Made by a program: the position numbers and the translations under genes
Assembly: GCA_017860375.1 (NCBI GenBank)
Contig: JAGDMB010000001.1
Span: 1 to 32,941, forward strand
Length of the DNA: 32,941 bases
Source: Bacteroidota bacterium
Lineage (GTDB): Bacteria > Bacteroidota > Bacteroidia > Bacteroidales > UBA10428
Direction: 5' to 3'
Shown here: piece by piece, positions 16,419 to 24,674 of the stretch
Layout of the letters: every line of letters starts with the position of its first letter
Numbering within the stretch: the first letter of the stretch is position 1
Notes under the pieces: model-generated
What the model was told of the DNA's origin: nothing
Database searches by the model: none
The model's input: the letters and a program-made list of their open reading frames with translations, nothing else

Positions 16419-18500
16419 TTAATTCTTTAACATGATCCGGGCAATATTGGTGGCATGGCTTCCGATATTCTTAAAGGAAGTGATGATCTCAAGATGGGTC
16501 TTGCTGCTGTCAATCGATTCTTCCACCTCCTGCTTGAGCCGCTGGTAATGTTGTTTTTCAAAATCAATATACAGATCCCGGAATTTCTCATATTTTGATT
16601 TCATGATGATGGCTTTGGCACGGCTAAATTCCCTGAACATGCCATAGGAATAATACAGCAGCTTCAGGGTCTGCAGATGAAAATACTGGATCTCTTCCTT
16701 TCCCGCCACTGAAAAAACAAAGTCCGAACGACACCACCACCGGGCCTTGCCTCCCAGCGATGAAGAAATAATATCGCCGATCTGTTCAAATTCATTTACC
16801 GCATACATCATAAAATACACTTCCTCCACCAGGTTCGTCGAAATGTCCTTTCGCGATATTTGAACAAGGTATGCATTTATTTCATCGCGCAAAAAGTTTA
16901 TTTCTGCTACCCTTTTGGCGATTTTGTCAATTATCCCGTATTTCTTTTCGATAAAAGGAGTAATAATTTCTTCCGCCATCCGGTGCGTGACCTGAATCAT
17001 CCTCAGAATTTCCTGTTTTGCTACCGCCAGTGCTAAATGAGGGGCATTGAGAAGCTTGGCATCCAGGTACCAGGTTTTGAGTGGTTCCGCCTTTTCTTCA
17101 CGGGCAGGCAACAACCGGGAGATCAACCGGGCAAAAGCCCGGGTGAAAGGCAGAAACAGCAAAGCGATGATGAGGTTATAGATTGTGTACGCATTGGCAA
17201 TTTGCCTTGCCATGATGGTAGAAGAAAAGGAAGGGGTCGTTTCAACGGAGGCACCATAGAGGGAGATCCCCTCAACCAGTCTGACGAGCTGGGGAATAAA
17301 CCATATCATGATCAGGGCTCCTGTTGTCTTGAACACGGCATGCGCCAGTGCCACCTGTTTTGACTCACGCGATAAACCGAAACTTGCAACAAAAGCGGTA
17401 ACGCAACTTCCCAGGGAGGCTCCGATCAGAAGAGGGACAGCGGCAGAAAGGGAAAGAAGATGCTGCGATCCGAGTATGATGAGTATTCCTACGAAAGCAC
17501 TGCTGCTTTGAAGGGCAGCGGCCAGAAGGGCCCCGACCAGGATACCCGGGACAGGCTTTTCAAGGGTCGTGAAAAGAGAGAGAATCCCTTTCATCGATTG
17601 CAGGGGTTCCATAGCCTGCGCCATAATATACATTCCGAAGAAAATAATGCCAAAACCCATAAAGGCATAGCTGATATCCCGGTATTTTGGCTTTTTAAAT
17701 GCCGTGTAAAAAAGAAAACTGACACCAAGGATCAGCAGCGCATAATCAGAGAGCCTGAAAGCAATAATCTGGGCCGTTATGGTTGCCCCCACCGAAGCCC
17801 CCAGTATAATCCCGATAGTCTGTGAAAACCGCATCAGCCGTGAATTGACAAAACTTACAAGCATGGCTGTAGTGGCACTGCTGCTTTGAACCATGACCGT
17901 CATAACGATCCCGGCCAGGAATGCTTTCAGGCGGTTATCGGTCAACCGTTCGAAAACACTTCGCATCTTTTCCCCGGCTGACTTTTGAAGTCCGTCGCTC
18001 AGCATCTTTAACCCAAGCAGAAAAAACGCAAGCCCGCCCAGCAGACCGGCGGTCATAAGAATAATCCAGGATTTCTTCCGGGCGGTGGCTTTAAATATCA
18101 GGCTGTCCGGTTCAGACAACGATTCAATTTTTGCCGCACAGAGGTAATCTCCGGCCTTGCTGCCCAAATGCAGCGTTGTTCCTGCCTTTCCTTCCGCATC
18201 CGTAAATACGGTATAATCTTCAAAAAATGCACCGGAGGAAGGGCCGGGTTCGGAAAGAATGACAAAACGAACCGGGAATCCTGAAACCGGATTGCCTGCA
18301 TCGTCCAGAACCTTTACACAAAATGGCGCACCAAGCTTTTGACCGGCTTTTCCGCTGGGATGAATCGTTCCATTATCCGTAAGGGAATTTACTTCCGTCG
18401 TGGTCAGATGATAGTGAACAGCAGGGACCTGACCCGTGAGATTCAACGTCCTGAACAGGAAAACCAGAAGCAACAGCCGCCAGGGGATTGCGCCATTCAT
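16419..18500 (-). CDS. Na/Pi cotransporter family protein with a PhoU-like C-terminal domain and an extra N-terminal secreted Ig-like domain
   Basis: Two NaPi-II repeats carry the QSSSATT and QSSSAFVG motifs, followed by a helical PhoU-like C-terminus. The first ~140 aa are a signal peptide plus a Big-like beta domain (VKVLDDAGNPVSGFPVRF...VFTDAEGKAGTTL). Confidence 0.85.
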   Translation of the reverse strand: MNGAIPWRLLLLVFLFRTLNLTGQVPAVHYHLTTTEVNSLTDNGTIHPSGKAGQKLGAPFCVKVLDDAGNPVSGFPVRFVILSEPGPSSGAFFEDYTVFTDAEGKAGTTLHLGSKAGDYLCAAKIESLSEPDSLIFKATARKKSWIILMTAGLLGGLAFFLLGLKMLSDGLQKSAGEKMRSVFERLTDNRLKAFLAGIVMTVMVQSSSATTAMLVSFVNSRLMRFSQTIGIILGASVGATITAQIIAFRLSDYALLILGVSFLFYTAFKKPKYRDISYAFMGFGIIFFGMYIMAQAMEPLQSMKGILSLFTTLEKPVPGILVGALLAAALQSSSAFVGILIILGSQHLLSLSAAVPLLIGASLGSCVTAFVASFGLSRESKQVALAHAVFKTTGALIMIWFIPQLVRLVEGISLYGASVETTPSFSSTIMARQIANAYTIYNLIIALLFLPFTRAFARLISRLLPAREEKAEPLKTWYLDAKLLNAPHLALAVAKQEILRMIQVTHRMAEEIITPFIEKKYGIIDKIAKRVAEINFLRDEINAYLVQISRKDISTNLVEEVYFMMYAVNEFEQIGDIISSSLGGKARWWCRSDFVFSVAGKEEIQYFHLQTLKLLYYSYGMFREFSRAKAIIMKSKYEKFRDLYIDFEKQHYQRLKQEVEESIDSSKTHLEIITSFKNIGSHATNIARIMLKN

Positions 18501-18624
18501 TCTCGTTTGGTATACTTTTTCAGGTTAAAGATAATCAATAAAGTGTTAACATACGATTGCCTCTGATGGATGGAAGAAGGCCGTGATGTTGGTAAAATCC
18601 CGGACAGGATAATGGTTAATTTCC

Positions 18625-18632
18625 TACCTTTG
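18625..18632 (+). promoter_or_regulatory. TAccTTTG candidate -7 promoter element for the 18721-24604 operon
   Basis: Exact TAnnTTTG match, 89 nt upstream of ATG 18721, in the divergent intergenic region. Confidence 0.35.
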
Positions 18633-18720
18633 AAAATAAGGGCCCCGAATGGAACTGACCTTTCGCTTCCACTGGTTTCTTTCATCCGGAAGAATCCCCA
18701 ATGTTGAACGAACATTGCAT

Positions 18721-21492
18721 ATGTTGAAAAAAAAATTACTATTTGGCCTTATTCCGGCATTCATTGTTCTTCTCCTTCTTTTTTTCTTCCTTAAAAGGGA
18801 TGCAAAAATTGGTCCGGGTGAACCGTTGCGGGCAATACCGGTGGATGCATCGGCGATCATTAAAATTAACGATCTGGAAGCGGTTCTGCAGAAAATACAC
18901 AAGGAGAGCGGCATCTGGGATGAGTTGAAGAATACTTCCTCCTTCCGGCGCCTGGCATACCAGATGCAGTTTCTCGATTCGGTTCTGATCTCCCTGCCGG
19001 ATGCACGGCAGTTGCTGCTCAATAATCCTTCTTACCTTTCGCTTCATTATGCCGGAAAAGATAAAATCGGGTTTCTTCATGTTTACCGCGTACCGAACAA
19101 CCTCAGCGAACGCAAAATCCATACACTGATTTCCCGGTTCGTGGAGAACAAGGGAACCATAACCGAACGGAATTATGACGGCAAAAAGGTGTTTGATGTG
19201 AGACTCCTGAATACGGAAAGAATAAACAACTTTACCTACGCGATTTACAAGGACTTGTTCATGCTGAGTTTTTCCTCTCTCTTGCTTGAGGATGCGTTAC
19301 GGCAGATCGACGGTGATGTGAGCATTACGGATCAGGAAGGATTTAACCAGGCCTTTTCTACCGCGGGGAAAAATGTGAATGCCAACCTCTTCCTGAATTT
19401 CAGAAATCTTCCGAAGAGCTTGTCTGTGGGAATAAACAATGAATACAAAGCCGAAATCCGTTCGTTTAATACATTTGCAGACTGGGGTGAACTGGATGCA
19501 AACATCATGCGTGATGTTTTTTTGCTCAACGGATTTATCCTGGCATCAGATTCGGGTAACTGCGCCGCATCGGTCTTTGCACATCAGAGCCCGCAAAAGA
19601 TCACAGCCGATGAAATTTTGCCCTCTTCCGTTGCCGCTTGCTTTGTACTTTCGGTTTCGGATCCGGTCCGGTATTTCTCCAGCTATCATGAATACCTGAA
19701 AGGCCTGGGCAAGTACAATCAGTATTCCAGGAGCCTTGATGTGCTTGAAAATACCTATGAAATTGATTTCCTCAAAGAATATACAGACGTGTGGGATAAC
19801 GAGATATCGGTTGCCTTTGATGCCGCCAGCGGTGAAAAGGGACCCACTTCCTACCTGCTGCTTAAGGTAAAAAGCCAGAGTTTTGCGGAAGAAAGATTTG
19901 CTGCGATCGTAAAAAAAATGGCGGAAAAAGAATCCGCTTCACCGGAGAAATATACTTCGGTGTACCGGATCGACAATGAATTGTCCTATAAAATATACCA
20001 ACTCCCCATTCGGAAACTAACCGGAAAAATATTCGGTGAACTCTTTACCAACATTGATGAACATTATTTTACCTTTATCGAAAACTACCTTGTTTTCTCC
20101 GATTCCCCGGCCTCGCTGGGAAAACTGCTGCATCAGGTTGTGCTCAACAAAACCCTGGTCACCAATCAGGCTTACAAAGATTTTAAAGCCAACCTGAGCC
20201 CGAAATCCAATGTGTATTTTTATGCCAATATCGGAAAATCCAATGTGGCTTTTTCCAAATATTTGTCCGCCCCGCTTTTGAAAAGCTGGAATGAGAATAT
20301 CGCCGCCTTTCAAAAGATACAGGTATTCGGATTCCAGATGTATTCCAGCAACGGCATGCTGTATTCCAATGTGTTTCTGAAACATTTCACCGATTTCAAA
20401 GATCAGCCCCATACGGTATGGGAAAGCCAGCTCGATACGACCATTGACATCAAACCTGTTTTCACCCTGAATCATGCAACACGCCAAAATGAAGTTTTTG
20501 TGCAGGATGAGCGCAATACCATTTACCTTATCAATCAGGCGGGACGTATTTTGTGGAAAATACCGCTAAACGAGAAAATAACCAGCGAGATCTTTCAGGT
20601 CGATTACTATAAAAACGGTAAACTGCAGCTGCTGTTTAGCTCCCCTCATTACCTCCACCTGATCGACCGCAACGGAAATTATGTGGAAAAATACCCCGTT
20701 AAGCTGAGATCTCCGGCTTCCAACCCGCTGGCCGTTTTTGATTATGATAAGAACAAGGACTACCGTATGTTCATTGCAGGCACTGACCGAAAGGTTTATG
20801 CGTATACGGTCGACGGATCGCTTGTGAAAGGCTGGAATTTCAGCAGTACCGAAAGCGAGGTTGCGCAACCCATTAACCATTTCAGGGTGGGCGATAAGGA
20901 TTATCTTGTTTTCGGCGACCGGCTGAAAACTTATATTCTTGATCGGCGAGGCAATGAAAGAGTAAATGTGACGGCCTATTTTCCCAAATCGGAGCTCAAT
21001 AACTATGTGTTCGACAATCCAGGCAGAACGGCAGATGCCCGCATTGCAATCACCGATACCGCGGGACTGATCTATTTTATTTATTTCAATGGAAACCATA
21101 CCACGCTGTATATGGGAAAATATTCCGGCAGCCATTTCTTCGATTACAAAGACATGGACGGGGACGGCAAAAAGGAATACATTTTTCTTGAAGGCACCCG
21201 GCTGCTGGTATTCAAAGAAAACAAAAAGCTGCTGTATGAATTTGATTTTAACCACCCCATCGTATTTAAACCTGCCTATTACAATTTTGCACAAAACGAT
21301 AAAAAACTGGGCATCGTTTCACGGGAGGATAACCTTATTTATATGATAAACAATGACGGCAAGGTGTATAAAGGATTTCCCCTGAGGGGAAATTCTCCCT
21401 TCAGCGTGGGCTATTTTGGTGAAAATACGTCAACTTTTAACCTGATTGTGGGCAGCAATGATAACTTTTTATACAATTATACAGTACAATAG
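18721..21492 (+). CDS. Uncharacterised membrane-anchored protein (923 aa) with an N-terminal TM helix, a large unassigned middle region and a C-terminal FG-GAP-like 7-blade beta-propeller
   Basis: MLKKKLLFGLIPAFIVLLLLFFFL is a single TM anchor. From about 20416 the C-terminal ~350 aa show repeated blade motifs (IYLINQAGRILWKIPL, LHLIDRNGNYVEKYPV, VYAYTVDGSLVKGWNF, IYMINNDGKVYKGFPL) and a DMDGDGKKEY loop. The ORF track start at 18649 adds 24 non-signal residues, so ATG 18721 is preferred. Confidence 0.8.
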   Translation: MLKKKLLFGLIPAFIVLLLLFFFLKRDAKIGPGEPLRAIPVDASAIIKINDLEAVLQKIHKESGIWDELKNTSSFRRLAYQMQFLDSVLISLPDARQLLLNNPSYLSLHYAGKDKIGFLHVYRVPNNLSERKIHTLISRFVENKGTITERNYDGKKVFDVRLLNTERINNFTYAIYKDLFMLSFSSLLLEDALRQIDGDVSITDQEGFNQAFSTAGKNVNANLFLNFRNLPKSLSVGINNEYKAEIRSFNTFADWGELDANIMRDVFLLNGFILASDSGNCAASVFAHQSPQKITADEILPSSVAACFVLSVSDPVRYFSSYHEYLKGLGKYNQYSRSLDVLENTYEIDFLKEYTDVWDNEISVAFDAASGEKGPTSYLLLKVKSQSFAEERFAAIVKKMAEKESASPEKYTSVYRIDNELSYKIYQLPIRKLTGKIFGELFTNIDEHYFTFIENYLVFSDSPASLGKLLHQVVLNKTLVTNQAYKDFKANLSPKSNVYFYANIGKSNVAFSKYLSAPLLKSWNENIAAFQKIQVFGFQMYSSNGMLYSNVFLKHFTDFKDQPHTVWESQLDTTIDIKPVFTLNHATRQNEVFVQDERNTIYLINQAGRILWKIPLNEKITSEIFQVDYYKNGKLQLLFSSPHYLHLIDRNGNYVEKYPVKLRSPASNPLAVFDYDKNKDYRMFIAGTDRKVYAYTVDGSLVKGWNFSSTESEVAQPINHFRVGDKDYLVFGDRLKTYILDRRGNERVNVTAYFPKSELNNYVFDNPGRTADARIAITDTAGLIYFIYFNGNHTTLYMGKYSGSHFFDYKDMDGDGKKEYIFLEGTRLLVFKENKKLLYEFDFNHPIVFKPAYYNFAQNDKKLGIVSREDNLIYMINNDGKVYKGFPLRGNSPFSVGYFGENTSTFNLIVGSNDNFLYNYTVQ

Positions 21493-21495
21493 AAC

Positions 21496-23160
21496 ATGCT
21501 GAAGACCCGTACCATGAAAACACCGTTTATAAAAGTTGCTGCGCTGTTTTTGGGAATGACAATTCTGTTGGGATGGGCATGCACCGAATTGTACGATTTT
21601 GAAAAACTCTCGGGCATGATGCAGTATGATCCCGAGATCGATGGCCCTCTTGTAAGGGGTTCGCTTACCGCTGAAGACCTTTTCGCAAGATGGGATTCGC
21701 TGATGGAGAATAACGGGGATACCGTTGTCCTTGCTTTCCGGGAAGACTCCCTGTTTTATTTCAACGTGGAAGATTTAAATGAAATCCCTCCGCAGGATAC
21801 CCAGGAATTTAATCTTATTCCCAGCTATACCCTTACCAGCGCTGAAATGCCGGACAGCATATACATTGACTCTACGGACATCTATGGATTTACCCTTGCT
21901 GACAACATGCGGATTGACAGCCTGTACACCAATGACGGATTCCTCATGATCGAGGTCAGTTCCTCTTTCAGGCATGCCGGCAACCTGACAATCCATTGTC
22001 CCGAAATCGTTATCGAAGGGCAGTTGTTTCAAAAAACAATCCCGATCAGCAATACCGATGGCACATTTTACACTAAATTGCTCTATCCCCTCACGGATGC
22101 AAAGATCTACCCCGATAATTCCATTCCGGGTGAACCCTTCATTCAGAATATTTATCATCTGGTGCTTTACAGGAATCCCGGACAAGGTATAGAAGCAGGC
22201 GACAGGGTACGCATTAACTATTCCATTGTTGAACTCGATAAATTTGAAACCATCTTCGGTTATGGCGGTAACCGTATTTTTTCCGAGGATACTGTTTTTT
22301 CAACAGGGCTGGAAGCGATCGAAGGACTTACGGGAACCTTTTCCGTTATCGATCCGCGCATCAATTTCAACTACGATAATTCATTTGGATTGCCTGTCGG
22401 ACTTGATCTTTACATACAAGGCCATTTCAGCGACGGGAATACGGTTACCCTCGACCCTCCCCTGCAGGTTATGACTGCTTCCGATAATTACCTGCAACCC
22501 CATGTGGAAGGATCGCTGTCGTACAACCGCACAAACATACCCAACATTGGTGAATTGCTGACCTTTCCAGTTCCTGACAGTATTACGGTGGGAGGTCAGG
22601 CAAACGCCAACCCGGGAGTAACCGATGCCAGGAATTTTATACTGAAAAACAGCAAGGTCCTGATCGATCTTGAAATAAAAATACCCCTGGCATTTTCTGC
22701 TGACCTTCAGCTGCGGGACACCTTTGCGATGGCGATCGAAAAGCCCGAAGCAGTGGATTATATCGAATATGCAAAGCTGCATTACCGCATACGAAATGAG
22801 TTCCCTGTTAACCTTGAACCCTACCTTATCTTATACGATTCCATTGCCGACGTGAACCGCGATACGCTGCTGCTGGCTGAATCCCTTTCTGATCCTTTTA
22901 TCAAAGCGGCCCCGGTGGATGCCAATGGAATATCCATACCCTCGCAGGTGGAGGATTATACCGGTACCGTTGAACTGGATGAGGAACTGATGGATCATTT
23001 TTTTCACGATACCAACAAGCTGATCATCGTGGGCGGTTTCAGCTCCTACCAAACCGGCAATGTCATCATCCTTACCACCTACCGGTTTGACTTCCGGTGC
23101 AACCTTGAGGCAAAAATCCATTACGTGACCAATATGAATGACAAAACCGATGATCAGTAA
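21496..23160 (+). CDS. Uncharacterised lipoprotein (554 aa)
   Basis: Signal peptide with lipobox (FLGMTILLGWAC). It starts 3 nt after the stop of the previous gene. The composition is beta-rich, with no catalytic motif recognised. Confidence 0.75.
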   Translation: MLKTRTMKTPFIKVAALFLGMTILLGWACTELYDFEKLSGMMQYDPEIDGPLVRGSLTAEDLFARWDSLMENNGDTVVLAFREDSLFYFNVEDLNEIPPQDTQEFNLIPSYTLTSAEMPDSIYIDSTDIYGFTLADNMRIDSLYTNDGFLMIEVSSSFRHAGNLTIHCPEIVIEGQLFQKTIPISNTDGTFYTKLLYPLTDAKIYPDNSIPGEPFIQNIYHLVLYRNPGQGIEAGDRVRINYSIVELDKFETIFGYGGNRIFSEDTVFSTGLEAIEGLTGTFSVIDPRINFNYDNSFGLPVGLDLYIQGHFSDGNTVTLDPPLQVMTASDNYLQPHVEGSLSYNRTNIPNIGELLTFPVPDSITVGGQANANPGVTDARNFILKNSKVLIDLEIKIPLAFSADLQLRDTFAMAIEKPEAVDYIEYAKLHYRIRNEFPVNLEPYLILYDSIADVNRDTLLLAESLSDPFIKAAPVDANGISIPSQVEDYTGTVELDEELMDHFFHDTNKLIIVGGFSSYQTGNVIILTTYRFDFRCNLEAKIHYVTNMNDKTDDQ

Positions 23161-24604
23161 CAGGAGAATACAAAAACACCGGAATTACTTTCTATGGGTC
23201 GTGGTATCGGTTTCCTGTGTTTTTTCGCGGGTGACGGGACAGGAAAGCAATACCCTGTATTTTATGAAAGGTGTTCCCCAGTCGTATCAGGTAAACACGG
23301 CTGCCCAGCCGGAATGCAGGTTTTTTCTCGGGTTTCCTGCTCTTTCCCCTTTACAGGTCTTCACCGAGAATTCAGCCTATTCATTGAAAGATATTGTCTT
23401 CCCCCTGGGAGATTCACTGGTTACCTTCATGCATCCCGAGGCGGATAAAAATGAATTTCTTAATAACCTGGCCCCGGTGAATACCCTCCAGACATACGGA
23501 AGTGCCAACCTGTTTTCCGTGGGATACCAGATGGAAACTTACTATTATACTTTCGACCTTTCGCAAAAAACCTATACCCGTTTCGTATACAACGATGACG
23601 TATTGGATTTATTACTGACGGGCAACAAAAGGGGCGATCGGTTTGATTTCAGCAATACCAATGTGGATTTGACCAGCTACCTCGAAGCGGCAACCGGTAA
23701 TTTCCGGAAAATAAATGACAGGCTTACTGTCGGTTCACGGATCAAAATCTTGTTTGGTGAGGCAAATGTTTCTACGGTCAATAAGGATCTTTCGCTGATC
23801 ACCGATGAAGACTGGACGATCCGGTCGGATATTAAGATCCGGCTCTCCGTGCCGGGATTGAGTATTCCCGTGAATGAAAACGGAGAAATAAGCCTTGATT
23901 CCATTGAATTTGACCCACCCCATACCACCACTGAAATTCTGCAGACAGCCTTCGGCAATATCGGTCTCGGGATTGACCTGGGATTGCATTATAAACTGAC
24001 AGACAAGATTATGCTTTCGGGAAGTTTGCTTGACCTGGCGGGAATCCGGTGGAGTGCAAATACCTATTCGTTCAGTCAGAATGCATCGTATGTGTACAAG
24101 GGGATTGAAATCGATCCTTCCGATACGGCCGGTGCAACCCAAAACTTCTTTGACAGCCTGAGCACTGTTTTTCGCTTTGCCACTGCCCTCGATCCTTATT
24201 ATACCATGCTGCCGTTGAAGCTTTATGTGGGAGGCACCTACCAGGTAATGGATCAGATAGGGTTCGGCATTCTTTCAAGGACTGAGTACTATAAGAACAG
24301 GCTGAGGGAACAGCTGACCCTTTCCGCCAATTTTTCACCGCTGAGGATTATCACCTTTTCGTTGAGTTATACCCTGTTTAATAACGCGTATAACAATTTC
24401 GGATTCGGATTTTCCGCAAGGTTCGGACCTTTTAATATGTACCTGATCTCGGATAACATTTCAACCCATTATGTGGTGGATCAGTCAACCCATGTGGTGT
24501 TGCCCTATGACAACAGGGTCATGAATTTCAGGGTTGGTCTGAACCTGGTATTCGGTTGCCTGTCCGAAAAGAAGAAAGCAAGTGACCTGCCGCTGGTATA
24601 TTAG
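23138..24604 (+). CDS. Uncharacterised outer-membrane beta-barrel-like protein (488 aa) with a PorP/SprF-like N-terminal motif
   Basis: It overlaps the previous gene by 23 nt. The signal peptide is FLWVVVSVSCVFSRVTGQ, followed by LYFMKGVPQSYQVNTAAQP. Alternating hydrophobic strands run throughout, and the C-terminal residue is aromatic (..LPLVY). Confidence 0.7.
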   Translation: MTKPMISNRRIQKHRNYFLWVVVSVSCVFSRVTGQESNTLYFMKGVPQSYQVNTAAQPECRFFLGFPALSPLQVFTENSAYSLKDIVFPLGDSLVTFMHPEADKNEFLNNLAPVNTLQTYGSANLFSVGYQMETYYYTFDLSQKTYTRFVYNDDVLDLLLTGNKRGDRFDFSNTNVDLTSYLEAATGNFRKINDRLTVGSRIKILFGEANVSTVNKDLSLITDEDWTIRSDIKIRLSVPGLSIPVNENGEISLDSIEFDPPHTTTEILQTAFGNIGLGIDLGLHYKLTDKIMLSGSLLDLAGIRWSANTYSFSQNASYVYKGIEIDPSDTAGATQNFFDSLSTVFRFATALDPYYTMLPLKLYVGGTYQVMDQIGFGILSRTEYYKNRLREQLTLSANFSPLRIITFSLSYTLFNNAYNNFGFGFSARFGPFNMYLISDNISTHYVVDQSTHVVLPYDNRVMNFRVGLNLVFGCLSEKKKASDLPLVY

Positions 24605-24605
24605 G

Positions 24606-24640
24606 TTTGAATATTTGAAAGTTCGAAAATTTGAAGGTTG
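24606..24640. repeat. Array of TTTGAA-type hexamers with ~8-bp period (TTTGAAta TTTGAAag TTCGAAaa TTTGAAgg)
   Basis: Direct reading, immediately after the stop codon at 24602-24604. It has the same hexamer and the same period as the element at 3469-3546. Confidence 0.7.
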
Positions 24641-24662
24641 AGTCCACTCCGCAAAATATTTC

Positions 24663-24670
24663 TATCTTTG
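24663..24670 (+). promoter_or_regulatory. TAtcTTTG -7 promoter motif ending 4 nt upstream of ATG 24675
   Basis: Exact TAnnTTTG match. The spacing implies a leaderless or nearly leaderless transcript for the small membrane protein gene. Confidence 0.35.
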
Positions 24671-24674
24671 CAGC

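Noticed and set aside
18649-18720. Upstream ATG start (18649) for the 947-aa ORF
   Set aside because: The extra 24 residues (MELTFRFHWFLSSGRIPNVERTLH) precede a canonical Lys-rich n-region plus TM helix that begins at ATG 18721. Starting at 18649 would also place the 18699-18717 hairpin inside the coding sequence.
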